Positions 1 to 9,750 are shown, counted from the stretch's first letter. The stretch is 43,892 bases of DNA from Candidatus Nanohaloarchaea archaeon (GCA_041639695.1 JBEQBQ010000008.1:1-43892); one strand, 5' to 3'. Notes: a model not told the origin generated them from the letters alone. Numbers and translations: made by a program.

Positions 1-494
1 GTTTCAACTCCTTCAGGCCTGTAGTACCCGGCTTCTTCCTCTATCTCGTTAAATATTCTGTCCATTTCAGTTCCCGAGTCACCTACATATGTGTACGCGG
101 TTATAACTGCGTTCTGTTTCCTGTCATCGATAAGACCTTCTCTCTGGAGTGGTGACATCACCTGTGTTACTCCCTGTATTTCTCTGATATCGTTTGAAAG
201 ATCTTGGAGGTAGGATTCCGTGCTGCTGTCGTAGATGCTCTGGACTCCATCTTCCGTGTTTCCGGTCGAAACCTTGATCGCTATGGAGTCCTTTCCGATG
301 CCTTCCGCTCTCAGGTCGTTTACTCCTTCTACAGGTGTCGAGCTTGAGGGCATCATGTTCTCCAGCGCGACTATTGTCTCTACTCTTGCCATACCAGGAA
401 TCATGGCTAGTGATAGGAAGGTGAAGATCAGAACCACTTCGAGGGCATGGTTCTCTTGGACTGCTGTGATTTTCTCAAGGATTTTCTGTGACAT
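1..494 (-). CDS. MMPL/RND family transporter, N-terminal part (runs off the window)
   Basis: Hand translation from ATG 494: MSQKILEKITAVQENHALEVVLIFTFLSLAMIPGMARVETIVALENMMPSSSTPVEG..., one TM helix then an extracytoplasmic domain, the usual MMPL N-terminus; open to the window edge. Confidence 0.6.
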   Translation of the reverse strand, partial: MSQKILEKITAVQENHALEVVLIFTFLSLAMIPGMARVETIVALENMMPSSSTPVEGVNDLRAEGIGKDSIAIKVSTGNTEDGVQSIYDSSTESYLQDLSNDIREIQGVTQVMSPLQREGLIDDRKQNAVITAYTYVGDSGTEMDRIFNEIEEEAGYYRPEGVE

Positions 495-497
495 TTA

Positions 498-517
498 GTT
501 CAACTTTATTACACAAA
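498..517. promoter_or_regulatory. Candidate operator, copy 1 (GTTCAACTTTATTACACAAA)
   Basis: 18/20 identical to 922-941; lies in the divergent intergenic region between the MMPL and HTH genes. Confidence 0.5.
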
Positions 518-572
518 TTCTTTTATTGTTTCCATCCCAGCAAATTTACATCTTGCCGAGAAACGCACCAAT

Positions 573-902
573 ATGGAGTGCCCGACCGAAATCAAACAGC
601 TACTGAAAGTACTTTACAATCTTTCAAGCTCAGAAACAGAAGTAATGTATTTTTTGTGCGATGAAAAGGCCCGTGCGTCCGAAATTGCGGACGAACTTGG
701 AAAAGATCGCTCAACAATCCAAAGATATCTTTCAAAACTTAAGGCAACAGGCCTGATTGAAAGAGAAAGCGTTGTCGAGGACGGGAAGAGAGGTCGTTTC
801 TACGTTTACACAGTTCCGGACAAGCAGGATATGAAAGAGAAAGTGAAGAAAAGAATGGATGAATGGGAGAAAGAAAAGCTTGAGGTGCTTGAAAGCCTCT
901 GA
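573..902 (+). CDS. Winged-HTH transcriptional regulator (TrmB/ArsR-like)
   Basis: ASEIADELGKDRSTIQRYLSKLKATGLIER HTH pattern followed by the wing GRFYVY. Confidence 0.8.
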   Translation: MECPTEIKQLLKVLYNLSSSETEVMYFLCDEKARASEIADELGKDRSTIQRYLSKLKATGLIERESVVEDGKRGRFYVYTVPDKQDMKEKVKKRMDEWEKEKLEVLESL

Positions 903-921
903 AAAGAAAAAGTTATTAAAT

Positions 922-941
922 GTTCAACATTCTTACACAAA
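922..941. promoter_or_regulatory. Candidate operator, copy 2 (GTTCAACATTCTTACACAAA)
   Basis: Between TATA-like TTATTAAA (913-920) and the glutaredoxin ATG (944); overlaps the palindrome AATGTT-C-AACATT at 919-931. Confidence 0.5.
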
Positions 942-943
942 CT

Positions 944-1192
944 ATGTCAGAGGAAATAGAAGTTTTCACTACCCCAACCTGCCCCTACTGCACCAAAATC
1001 AAACAGTGGCTTGAGGAGAACGACTACAACTATACCGAGTACAACGTTGCAGAAGATAAGGAAAAAGCCAAAGAAATGATCCAAAAAACCGGTGAAAGAG
1101 GAGTACCTCAGACATTCATCGGCGATAAAACAGTAATAGGCTTCCAACCCGGAAAGATTCAGGAAGCTATAGACGAAGAAGTCGAAGCCTGA
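944..1192 (+). CDS. Glutaredoxin (NrdH/YruB-like)
   Basis: CPYC active site, GVPQT cis-Pro motif, IGF; start placed at MSEE. Confidence 0.9.
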   Translation: MSEEIEVFTTPTCPYCTKIKQWLEENDYNYTEYNVAEDKEKAKEMIQKTGERGVPQTFIGDKTVIGFQPGKIQEAIDEEVEA

Positions 1193-1219
1193 AACTCAGA
1201 ATAAATAGAGGAGTAAATC

Positions 1220-1849
1220 TCACTCCTCTTCTGCCATTTCCTTGACCTTCTTCATCCTGAAAGTTTCCTCACGTTCAGACTCTTCAAGTGCCTGTGAGAT
1301 CTTGTCGAGTGCTTCATTAAATTCAGGGATTACCTTGTGCTCCAACGCATTTACTCGTCTCTTCGTCTTTTCGATTTCATTCAGCAACTTGATCAGCTTG
1401 GTCTGTGTCTCGGCTGCGTCAACTACTTTCTCGAGAAGTTCTTCGTATTTCTCGGCTGTGGAGTCGATTCTTGACGATGCTGAAGTCACCCCGTACTCTC
1501 TATCAAGAATATTTCTTGAGATCTTCTCGGATTCGATCTCAGGCACAACCACCCCCATGATGTTGGAAGTTGACGATGAAAGCTTGGGCTCCTCTGTAAC
1601 AGGGAACGAGTTAGCTCTAATAGCATCCTCGCCGTCGTAAACCTTAGCTAAGAGCAGCTTGAGCTTTGCCTGAGAGTAAACATCAGCAAGCTCCTGGTTC
1701 GCTTCTCTTGCGTCTCCCGCGATCTCCATAAACTCGTGGATCAAGCCATCCCTCTTCTTCTCTAGAATATCGTGGCCGTTCTCCGCAAGTTCAATACGTT
1801 CTTTCAACCTTAGTTCTTCGGATCTTGTTGGTTTCACGTCTTGACTCAT
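1220..1849 (-). CDS. atpD: A-type ATP synthase subunit D
   Basis: VKPTRSE N-terminus, LEKKRDGL, EIEKTKRRVNALEHKVIP. Confidence 0.95.
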   Translation of the reverse strand: MSQDVKPTRSEELRLKERIELAENGHDILEKKRDGLIHEFMEIAGDAREANQELADVYSQAKLKLLLAKVYDGEDAIRANSFPVTEEPKLSSSTSNIMGVVVPEIESEKISRNILDREYGVTSASSRIDSTAEKYEELLEKVVDAAETQTKLIKLLNEIEKTKRRVNALEHKVIPEFNEALDKISQALEESEREETFRMKKVKEMAEEE

Positions 1850-2187
1850 TTGGCCGTCACCTCCTGATCGCTTATCACGCCGTAGTCCTCTGCAAGTTCA
1901 TCAAGTACACCACTCTCCTCATCCAACTCACCGGAAACCCTGCCCGGTCTTCGGAGAACGTAGTGTTCGAACTTGTCAATCACTGATTCGCCGGAGTAGT
2001 TCTCGATACTCATCTCAAAGCCGTATCCTTCATCCATGTGTTCAATTTCCAGATCTATCCTTCCCGGATCTTTTTGTCTGATGAAGATAGCCGGTTCTGT
2101 TTCACCGGCTTCCTCAAGCAGTTTGGCTGCATGGAAGGTTTCAAGGCCGTGCACGGCGTATGATTCTTCGTTTCGGGTTTTCTGCAT
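1846..2187 (-). CDS. Hypothetical acidic protein inside the ATP synthase operon
   Basis: SD-like GAGGTGG upstream of ATG 2187; stop overlaps the atpD start (ATGA); acidic composition like its neighbours. Confidence 0.7.
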   Translation of the reverse strand: MQKTRNEESYAVHGLETFHAAKLLEEAGETEPAIFIRQKDPGRIDLEIEHMDEGYGFEMSIENYSGESVIDKFEHYVLRRPGRVSGELDEESGVLDELAEDYGVISDQEVTAK

Positions 2188-2203
2188 CACTGTATATCCA
2201 CCT

Positions 2204-3592
2204 CTATTCGAACTCCGGATCTCTTCCTTCGAGGTGTTCTTCTCGTGTCTCAGGATCGATCTTTGTGAGCTCTCCTTCAGGAACAATCGAAAGCAAGTCC
2301 CATGCAAGCTCTAGTGATTCATCGATGCTTCTGTTTTCTCTGAAGCCTTGTCCGATGAAGTGTTCCTCGAACTTTCTTGTGAAGTCAAGGATCTTCTCGT
2401 CCTTGTCGGAAAGTGCGTCCTCACCGACAATCGCAACTAAGTCTCTCAACGACTGTCCTTCAGCGTAAAGCGCGTAAAGCTGGTCCGAAACATCCGGGTG
2501 ATCTTCCCTCGTGTAACCTTCTCCGACACCGTTGTCCATCAAACGGGAAAGGCTTGGCAGGACGTCGATCGGCGGGTTCTGACCTTTCGAGTCGAGATCT
2601 CTGTCGACAACGATCTGTCCCTCCGTAATGTAACCTGTAAGGTCGGGAATCGGGTGGGTGATGTCGTCGTTAGGCATAGTCAGGATCGGAATCTGTGTAA
2701 CTGATCCTTCACGTCCCTGGATAATCCCGGCTCTTTCGTATAGCTCGGCAAGATCCGTATACATGTATCCGGGGTATCCTCTTCTTCCTGGGACTTCTTC
2801 TCTTGCCGCTGAGACTTCTCTCAAAGCGTTGGCGTAGTTAAGCATGTCTGTCATGATGACGAGGACTTCCATGCCTTTCTCGAACGCCAAGTACTCCGCA
2901 GTCGTTAATGCCATTCTTGGTGTAATGATTCTTTCCGGTGCAGGATCTGAAGCTTTGTTCAGGAAGACAACAGATCTTTCTAGTGCTCCGGTCTCTCTGA
3001 ACTCTTCGATGAACTCCTGGGATTCTTCCTCGGTAATTCCCATTCCTGCGAAGACTACTGCGAACTCTTCGTCCTCTCCGGAAACGTCTGCCTGTCTTGC
3101 AACCTGCATAGCAAGTTCACTGTGAGGCAAACCTGAGCCGGAGAAGATCGGAAGCTTCTGACCTCTAACCAGTGTGTTCATAGTGTCGATACTGGAGATC
3201 CCTGTCTGAATGAAGTCTTCCGGAAGTTCCCTTGAACTTGGATTGATTGCCTGTCCGATGATGTCCTCTTCTTCCTCGGGAATGATTTCAGGTCCATCAT
3301 CGATAGGGTTTCCTGTTCCGTCGAGAACTCTTCCTAGAAGGTCTTCTGTAACAGGCATCTTGACGTTTTCGTCCATGAACCGGACGGATGCGTCCTTTCC
3401 GATTCCCTGTGTTTCTTCGTAGCACTGTACGACTACGACGTCTTTCGAGGTTTCAAGGACTTCTCCCTTTCTCATCTCTCCGTCCGGAGTTTCTATCTCT
3501 ACAATATCTCCGTACGAGATGTTGTCGGTTTTCTCTACAAATACTAGTGGTCCTTTGACCTGGTTGATCGTTTTGTATTCTTGCTTGGTCAT
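2204..3592 (-). CDS. atpB: A-type ATP synthase subunit B
   Basis: [40 protein letters not shown]. Confidence 0.97.
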   Translation of the reverse strand: MTKQEYKTINQVKGPLVFVEKTDNISYGDIVEIETPDGEMRKGEVLETSKDVVVVQCYEETQGIGKDASVRFMDENVKMPVTEDLLGRVLDGTGNPIDDGPEIIPEEEEDIIGQAINPSSRELPEDFIQTGISSIDTMNTLVRGQKLPIFSGSGLPHSELAMQVARQADVSGEDEEFAVVFAGMGITEEESQEFIEEFRETGALERSVVFLNKASDPAPERIITPRMALTTAEYLAFEKGMEVLVIMTDMLNYANALREVSAAREEVPGRRGYPGYMYTDLAELYERAGIIQGREGSVTQIPILTMPNDDITHPIPDLTGYITEGQIVVDRDLDSKGQNPPIDVLPSLSRLMDNGVGEGYTREDHPDVSDQLYALYAEGQSLRDLVAIVGEDALSDKDEKILDFTRKFEEHFIGQGFRENRSIDESLELAWDLLSIVPEGELTKIDPETREEHLEGRDPEFE

Positions 3593-3605
3593 TTTTGATT
3601 CACCT

Positions 3606-5345
3606 CTACTGCTCGACTACCTGATCAAACTCTTCATCCATCAGGTTTTCGATCTCTTCACGCTTGTCTTCCCAGTCCTCGGTGAACTTCATCTCCGAGA
3701 CTTTGTTCTTCGAGTCGAGAGCGACAAGGTCTTCGACCATCGCTCCGTCTTCTAGAGCTTCGTATGCTTGGTCTGCCCATTCGAGAATCAGTTCAAGTAT
3801 TTCGAACGTTTTCTCAGGGCTGGAGTACTGGTCGACATCGTGGAACGCGTTCTGCTGGAGGTAGAACTCTTTAACCATGGTTCCGATCTCTAGTGTCAGG
3901 CGTTCTCTGTCTGGCAGTGCGTCCTTTCCGACGAGCTGTACTGTTTCCTGTAGTTCTCCGTCTTTCTGGAGGATGTCTCTCATTCTCTGGATGTTGTTCT
4001 GCCAGTCCGAGTTAACTTCGTTTTTGAAGTATTCGGAAAGCCTGTCAGCGTATCCGGAATATGAGTCGTTCCAGTTAATAGATGGGAAGTGTCTCTTCTC
4101 AGCTAGATCCGAGTCAAGTGCCCAGAAGTTCTTCACAACTCTTAGAGTGTTCTGGGTGACCGGTTCTGAGAAGTCTCCTCCCGGAGGACTTACCGCCCCG
4201 ATAATTGAGACGGAGCCAGGATCCTCAAGTCCTAGAGGTTCGACTCTTCCTGCTCTTTCGTAGAACTCAGCTAGTTTCGAAGCCAGGTAAGCCGGGTAAC
4301 CTCTTTCTCCAGGCATCTCTTCTAGTCTTGCGGAAATCTCACGCATGGCTTCAGCCCATCGAGAGGTTGAATCGGCCATGAGTGCGACGTCAAGACCCAT
4401 GTCCCTGAAGTATTCTGCGATGGTAACTCCTGTATAGATTGATGCCTCTCTCGCAGCTACAGGCATGTTCGATGTGTTCGCGATCAGTACTGTTCTGTTT
4501 ATGATTTTGTCTCCTGTCTGTGGGTCCTCAAGTTCTGGGAACTCTTCGAGGACTTCTGTCATCTCGTTTCCTCTTTCTCCACATCCGATGTATACAATTA
4601 CGTCGGCGTCGGAGAACTTTGCGAGAGACTGCTGTGTAACTGTTTTACCTGATCCGAAAGGGCCTGGGATGGCTGCTGTTCCTCCTTTTGCGAGCGGGAA
4701 CAGTCCATCAAGAACCCTCTGTCCTGTGATAAGCGGAACTTCAGGTTTTAGGTCATCATCAACAGGTCTTCCCTGTCTGATAGGCCATTCCTGTCTCATT
4801 GATACCTCCTGCCCGTCAACCTCGACAACTGTCTCGGTAACGTTGTGAGAACCTTTCTCTACTGTTTCTACTTCTCCGCCTTCTATGTGTGGCGGTAGTA
4901 GAACTTTGTGTTCTCCATACTCTACTTCTACTGTTCCGAGTACATCTCCTGCTTCGACATCCTCTCCTTCTTCTACGGAAGGTTCGAAGTCGTATTCTTC
5001 TTCCAGGTCGATTCCTGGTGCGTCCTCTCCTCTGGCGATGAAGTCGCCTGTCTGCTCCTGTAGAGCTGAGAGAGGTCTCTGAAGACCGTCGTAGATCGAA
5101 CCTAGGAGTCCTGGACCGAGTTCTACGGAAAGCGGTTTTTCCGTGTTCTCGACAGGTTCTCCCGGTTTGACTCCGGTGGTCTCCTCGTAGACCTGTATGT
5201 ATGTTTTATCTCCTTCGATTTGGATGACTTCTCCCATCAGGCCTTCGTCGCCGACTTTGACAACGTCGTTCATCTGAGGATTCATGTCCTCTGCAACGAC
5301 TACAGGCCCTGTGACCTTGTAAATTTCTCCTTTCGAATCTGACAT
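3606..5345 (-). CDS. atpA: A-type ATP synthase subunit A (catalytic)
   Basis: P-loop [27 protein letters not shown]; start at MSDSKG; no intein. Confidence 0.97.
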   Translation of the reverse strand: MSDSKGEIYKVTGPVVVAEDMNPQMNDVVKVGDEGLMGEVIQIEGDKTYIQVYEETTGVKPGEPVENTEKPLSVELGPGLLGSIYDGLQRPLSALQEQTGDFIARGEDAPGIDLEEEYDFEPSVEEGEDVEAGDVLGTVEVEYGEHKVLLPPHIEGGEVETVEKGSHNVTETVVEVDGQEVSMRQEWPIRQGRPVDDDLKPEVPLITGQRVLDGLFPLAKGGTAAIPGPFGSGKTVTQQSLAKFSDADVIVYIGCGERGNEMTEVLEEFPELEDPQTGDKIINRTVLIANTSNMPVAAREASIYTGVTIAEYFRDMGLDVALMADSTSRWAEAMREISARLEEMPGERGYPAYLASKLAEFYERAGRVEPLGLEDPGSVSIIGAVSPPGGDFSEPVTQNTLRVVKNFWALDSDLAEKRHFPSINWNDSYSGYADRLSEYFKNEVNSDWQNNIQRMRDILQKDGELQETVQLVGKDALPDRERLTLEIGTMVKEFYLQQNAFHDVDQYSSPEKTFEILELILEWADQAYEALEDGAMVEDLVALDSKNKVSEMKFTEDWEDKREEIENLMDEEFDQVVEQ

Positions 5346-5373
5346 TTTTAGTTTAAACCTCGTAGCATTAATT

Positions 5374-5682
5374 TTAGCTGATATCGACACCGATAACTCT
5401 CTGGATTTTATCCTGAAGACCTGAAGACTCTGCTGTCTCGGATAATGTTACAACAACAGGGTCAACTGATTCCCCAACTTCACGTCTTACTCGGCCAGGT
5501 AGATCTTCAAGATCCTTCTGTTCTGCGACCAGGATACCGATATCTTCGTGGTTAAGTAGTTCCTGGATCTTTTCCTCGTAGTTTTCAGGGTTGTATGTTT
5601 TCTGTACGCCGGCAAGTTCGAATCCAAGTGTGAACTCATCGCCGCCTATTACTCCGATCGTTTTCTTCTTTTCTTCCTCCAT
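5374..5682 (-). CDS. atpF: A-type ATP synthase subunit F
   Basis: [18 protein letters not shown]...VIGVDI; operon position. Confidence 0.9.
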   Translation of the reverse strand: MEEEKKKTIGVIGGDEFTLGFELAGVQKTYNPENYEEKIQELLNHEDIGILVAEQKDLEDLPGRVRREVGESVDPVVVTLSETAESSGLQDKIQRVIGVDIS

Positions 5683-5683
5683 T

Positions 5684-6682
5684 TTATGACACCACCAAGT
5701 TGTTCCTGATTGTTTCCAGGTTCTGGATACCTGTTTCCTTAGCTCTCAACAGCATTCTCAGGTTCTGGACCTCAATCATTTTCGCCATGATGTAACCTAG
5801 GATACTTGTTGCACCTAAAGGCTCTGTGTGCTGTGAAACGAGCGCTCTGTCAAGTCTCGCTACTTCAAGCCTGTGTTCGATATCCTCCAGATCTCCACCG
5901 TTCTTCTTTTCTAGAACCTCTTCCTCAACAAGATAATCAATAGCTTCATCGAAAGACTTGGATTCAAGCACCTTCTCTAGGTGTTTCGATTTCTTGTCAG
6001 AGACCAGCCATTCCTCGATTCTTTCCCTTTCGATTCCCTGCTTCTTCAGCCTGAGAGCGATCTTCAGGTTTTCGTACTCGATTTCTTGCTTTACGAACTT
6101 CCCGAACCAGACTCCTCCGATTTTGCCGGATACCCTGTCGAGATCCTCGTAATACGCTCGGTCGAGGTTTCTTTCGATTTTTCTGAGGTCCTGTTCCTCT
6201 CCAATATACGATGCGTAATCGATAGGCGAGTCCTTGAACTCGATAGATTCAACGATTTCCTCGAAGGTTTTCTCCGATAAATCTTCAAGTTCTTCGACCG
6301 AGTAGTCTCCTACAGGGACGAGAAGGTTCTCAATTCTCTGGTTTCCTCCTCCCTGTTTCCACCGTAGAAGTCTTTTCAGGCTGAGAATATCGTAACGTCT
6401 CAAGTATGTTTTGATTACAGGTTTCAGGCTTTCAGGTGCGATATCTACAAGCTTGGACATCGTCCTAGAAAGATTCCTCATCAGCGCGAGCTCCACAAGC
6501 TCAATTCCTTCGTAGTCTGAACCCAGTTCATCGATATCTTCCTTGTAGGCTCCTTCCTCAAGGTTGCGTGCGATTTCGTTGGGTTCCATCTTCAAAAGGT
6601 TCTCGTAGTCACTTTTGTCAAGAAGTTTCTTCCTCTTCGCGCTCACTCGAGCGTACATGTAGGGGTAGTCGCGCTGAACCAT
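5684..6682 (-). CDS. atpC: A-type ATP synthase subunit C
   Basis: YPYMYARVSAKRKKLL N-terminus and EVQNLRMLLRAK C-terminus; operon position; start at ATG 6682. Confidence 0.9.
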   Translation of the reverse strand: MVQRDYPYMYARVSAKRKKLLDKSDYENLLKMEPNEIARNLEEGAYKEDIDELGSDYEGIELVELALMRNLSRTMSKLVDIAPESLKPVIKTYLRRYDILSLKRLLRWKQGGGNQRIENLLVPVGDYSVEELEDLSEKTFEEIVESIEFKDSPIDYASYIGEEQDLRKIERNLDRAYYEDLDRVSGKIGGVWFGKFVKQEIEYENLKIALRLKKQGIERERIEEWLVSDKKSKHLEKVLESKSFDEAIDYLVEEEVLEKKNGGDLEDIEHRLEVARLDRALVSQHTEPLGATSILGYIMAKMIEVQNLRMLLRAKETGIQNLETIRNNLVVS

Positions 6683-6689
6683 TTTTTGA

Positions 6690-7223
6690 TCACTCAAACA
6701 GCGTTTCCGCTACTTCTTTTCGGTGCCGGGATTTCATTTCTTCAACGATTTTGTCGAAGGTGAAACTCTGTCTTCTGGAGCCGTTCTCGGATACAACAAT
6801 AATTCCTTCAACATTGTCTTTCTCGAAATCGATACTTACAGCGTCCTCGAACTCTTCTCCACCCATGATTTTCTCCGGTTCAAACTCGACTTTGTCCATG
6901 CATTCCTCGACGAAGTCCTCTCTTTCTGACTCTGTTAGGTCTTCGAGGCTTTCACGGAAGTTATCGAATGCTTCATCGATCTTCTGCTGCTTAGCTTTTA
7001 AACGCTTCTCTTTGGCTTTCATTCGTGCGTTAGAAACAGTTTTCGTTCTGTAGGATTCCTTCTCTTCCTCGAGTTCTTCACTGTATTCCTGTTTGACTTC
7101 TTCTGCCTCCTGTCTCGCTTCTTCCAGAATTTCTTCTTTCTGCTGTTCAGCTTCGTCTATTATTTCGTCTGCTTTTTGCTGTGCTTCGTCCAAGATCTCG
7201 GATTTGACTTCTTTTAGGCTCAT
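6690..7223 (-). CDS. atpE: A-type ATP synthase subunit E
   Basis: MSLKEVKSEILDEA coiled coil; C-terminal GIIV...TFD...LFE; operon position. Confidence 0.9.
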   Translation of the reverse strand: MSLKEVKSEILDEAQQKADEIIDEAEQQKEEILEEARQEAEEVKQEYSEELEEEKESYRTKTVSNARMKAKEKRLKAKQQKIDEAFDNFRESLEDLTESEREDFVEECMDKVEFEPEKIMGGEEFEDAVSIDFEKDNVEGIIVVSENGSRRQSFTFDKIVEEMKSRHRKEVAETLFE

Positions 7224-7261
7224 TTTAGTATCACGTTTATGTTGGAAATAATTGAAGGGAT

Positions 7262-7283
7262 GAAAACGGGTTGCCCCGTTTTC
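7262..7283 (-). terminator. Intercistronic hairpin after atpK (stability element or partial terminator)
   Basis: GAAAACGGG-GCAA-CCCGTTTTC on the minus strand: 9-bp stem with a GNRA loop. Confidence 0.6.
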
Positions 7284-7293
7284 TGTTCGGCTT

Positions 7294-7524
7294 CTAAATG
7301 AAGCCGGTTGCTACCAGCGCGACGACCAGTCCGAAGATAACCATGGTCTCCGGAATAACTGTTAGGATTAGTACCTGGCCGAACAGGCTGTCGTCTTCCG
7401 CTAGAGCGCCAACTCCTGCGGAACCGATCTTTGCCTGGGCCCAGCCGGTCGCAAGTGCTGCGACACCGATTGCTAGAGCTGCGCCGATTGCTGGAAATGC
7501 TCCAATTCCTGCTGATGCTGCCAT
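7294..7524 (-). CDS. atpK: A-type ATP synthase proteolipid subunit K (c), single hairpin
   Basis: 76 aa, two TM helices, IPET ion-binding Glu; SD GAGGTG. Confidence 0.95.
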   Translation of the reverse strand: MAASAGIGAFPAIGAALAIGVAALATGWAQAKIGSAGVGALAEDDSLFGQVLILTVIPETMVIFGLVVALVATGFI

Positions 7525-7549
7525 TGTGTGATTTCACCTCAAATACTGT

Positions 7550-9358
7550 TTAAGATTGGTTTGCTCCGAATGGAGCGTATTTTTTACCGCCTCCTTCGTA
7601 GAACTTTCCGAACATCTCCACATAGTGGAGTCGGATGCCCTGAAGGAAGCCTTCCAAGATTTTAATGAAAGTGTTGAACGTGTGGCCCAGTACGAGCATG
7701 AATATTCCAAGCCCGATTCCCATAAGTGATCCTGACTGGAAAAGTGGATCTGCTAGGCCGTTGACAACTTTTGCGAGTGAAACTGCTGCTACGGATACAC
7801 CGAAGATTCTTAGATAGGACAGTACGTTTGAGAGCAGTGAAGGGATTTCTACAACACCTTCGACGCCTTCGCCCATGTAGAGCAGGATAACCGCTAGGAT
7901 ACCTGTTATTGCTGCGGCACCTGTCATACCAAAGATAGCGAGTGCTGCTGCAACTTCAAGTACAATCCATGAACCTTTCTCAAGGAACGCTTCCTTGAAT
8001 CCATGTCTGATGTACTCGTTGTAAAATCCGAGTAGGAAGCCCATGTTGATGTGTACAACACCTATTACCGCTGCGATGATGAATACGGTTCCTAGGTTGT
8101 GCGCCCTGTGGAAAAGCACCGGTATTTGGCTAAATACTTCGAGCCCGAACTGTGATGCCAGTACCGAGCTTTCGCCGAATATTATGTAGCCAAATGCATC
8201 GCCGAACACCAGTCCGAACAGTATGGTGGCGATTGATGCGTACATCAGTGACTTGAAGATGTCCCGTGCTGCGGGAACCATCCTGTAACCTAGGTAGAAT
8301 ACTGCCAGTGTTGTCAGGCCGTATCCTGCGTCACCGATCATGAAACCGAAGAATAATGGGAATGTAAGCAGTAGCATAAATGATGGATCCAGCTCGTTAT
8401 ACCTTGGTACCGAAACTAGATCTGTTAGTGATTCAAATGGCTGTACAAATCTGTTGTTATCATGTTTTACTGGCGGTTCTTCTTCCGTTTCTTCCTTCTG
8501 TACGTGGATTCTGCCTTCGGTCTTGTCAGCTAGTTCTTCCTCTATTTCTGAGTAGCGTTCTGAAGGAATCCAACCGTATGCGATAAACGTGTTTTCGGTT
8601 GTAGCAAAGTTTAGAGGTGCTTCCGCCTTCTCTACTCTTTCCGTTAGGAAGCTCTCTATGTTTTCAAGTCCTTCACGCCATTCTTCTGCGAGGTCTTCAA
8701 GCTGCTCTTCCTTTTTCTTCTTCTCTTCCCGGAGTTCCTCTTTCCTGTCCTCTAGATTGTAGGATACTGTTTCGATTGAGCCTGAAAGCTCTGTTTCCGG
8801 GACTGAAAGCTCTTTTGAAGAGGCTTTGTTTATTGCGTCTCTGAAGGCTTTGTCTTCTGTTTCGTGGTAGAATACTGCGGACGCCTGTTCGCCTTCGAAC
8901 ACTTCATAGTGGGTGTTCGGTGCTTCGGACATCAAGATGTCTTGGTCGATCTCTCCTACGAATACGTCAAGGTTTTCAGTACCTTTGAGATCTTCGTATT
9001 TTACGCCACTTCCTCTAAGTTTCTTGAAGAATTTTTTCTTGTCGTTGACGTTTGAGATTCTTCTCTCTAGCGATGTAATCTTGTTCTCTATCTGGGAAAT
9101 TTCTTCGTCCAGTTCAGGAAGTTCGTTTTCAAGTTCTTCGATCGTTAAGTTCTTCCTGTGTCCTTCGACTTCGGGAAGCTTGGAAAGAGTGGATCTCAGG
9201 TCGACGAGTAGCTGTGAAATGTCTTCTGCTTCCTCGGACGGTGTGCCTGTCTCTAGTTCACCGCTGTATTCATCTATATCTAGAACTTCAAGCCTATAAA
9301 GTGTGTTAATTACGTTCTCCAGGTCTTTTTTGGCGCCTGTTACCGAGATTTTCGTCAT
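7550..9358 (-). CDS. atpI: A-type ATP synthase subunit I (a); true start possibly ATC at 9373
   Basis: PRYNELDP, FFGFMIGDAGYG, LSYLRI, IRLHYVEMFGKFYEGGG. Confidence 0.95.
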   Translation of the reverse strand: MTKISVTGAKKDLENVINTLYRLEVLDIDEYSGELETGTPSEEAEDISQLLVDLRSTLSKLPEVEGHRKNLTIEELENELPELDEEISQIENKITSLERRISNVNDKKKFFKKLRGSGVKYEDLKGTENLDVFVGEIDQDILMSEAPNTHYEVFEGEQASAVFYHETEDKAFRDAINKASSKELSVPETELSGSIETVSYNLEDRKEELREEKKKKEEQLEDLAEEWREGLENIESFLTERVEKAEAPLNFATTENTFIAYGWIPSERYSEIEEELADKTEGRIHVQKEETEEEPPVKHDNNRFVQPFESLTDLVSVPRYNELDPSFMLLLTFPLFFGFMIGDAGYGLTTLAVFYLGYRMVPAARDIFKSLMYASIATILFGLVFGDAFGYIIFGESSVLASQFGLEVFSQIPVLFHRAHNLGTVFIIAAVIGVVHINMGFLLGFYNEYIRHGFKEAFLEKGSWIVLEVAAALAIFGMTGAAAITGILAVILLYMGEGVEGVVEIPSLLSNVLSYLRIFGVSVAAVSLAKVVNGLADPLFQSGSLMGIGLGIFMLVLGHTFNTFIKILEGFLQGIRLHYVEMFGKFYEGGGKKYAPFGANQS

Positions 9359-9383
9359 TTCTTCTGGCTTGATTTCTTCCCAC

Positions 9384-9701
9384 CTACTGGTATTCGTCTT
9401 CGAAGCTTTCTTTCAGGAGCTTTTCTGCATCTTCCATTTTCTCCGAGGCCTTTTCTCGCAGTTCTTCCGCCTCGTTCTCAGCTTCTTCAACTATCTCTTC
9501 TCTTTCTTCGTCAACTTTCTCCTTGAACCGGTTCATTTCCTCGTATTTTTCGTCCTTGGCTTCCTGTTCCGCGTCTTCGATTATTTCTTCGGCCGTCTCT
9601 TCGGCTTCTTCTATTTTCTGTTGCTTCTTCTGTTTGGCGTCCTCTAGGATGAGGTCTGCCTCTTCTTCCGCGTTCTTAACTTCTTGTACTACGTCAGCCA
9701 C
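9384..9701 (-). CDS. atpH: A-type ATP synthase subunit H
   Basis: GTG start with SD GGTGA; acidic coiled coil; first gene of the operon. Confidence 0.85.
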   Translation of the reverse strand: MADVVQEVKNAEEEADLILEDAKQKKQQKIEEAEETAEEIIEDAEQEAKDEKYEEMNRFKEKVDEEREEIVEEAENEAEELREKASEKMEDAEKLLKESFEDEYQ

Positions 9702-9737
9702 GTTGTAATCACCGGCATCAAAGCCTGAATACAGGAA

Positions 9738-9750
9738 GCTTATAAACCCT
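9738..9750 (-). promoter_or_regulatory. TATA box of the ATP synthase operon
   Basis: AGGGTTTATAAGC on the minus strand, about 40 nt upstream of atpH. Confidence 0.5.

Noticed and set aside
235-498. + strand 87-aa ORF and the many other S/F-rich antisense ORFs in the track (e.g. 1242-1640, 24233-25036)
   Set aside because: Shadows of Glu/Lys-rich real genes on the opposite strand; no motifs or start signals.
3606-5345. Possible inteins in AtpA and MCM
   Set aside because: Lengths are normal and the motifs at the usual insertion sites are contiguous.
7220-7537. 105-aa alternative-frame ORF overlapping atpK
   Set aside because: R/S-rich frame shadow of the Ala/Gly-rich proteolipid gene.
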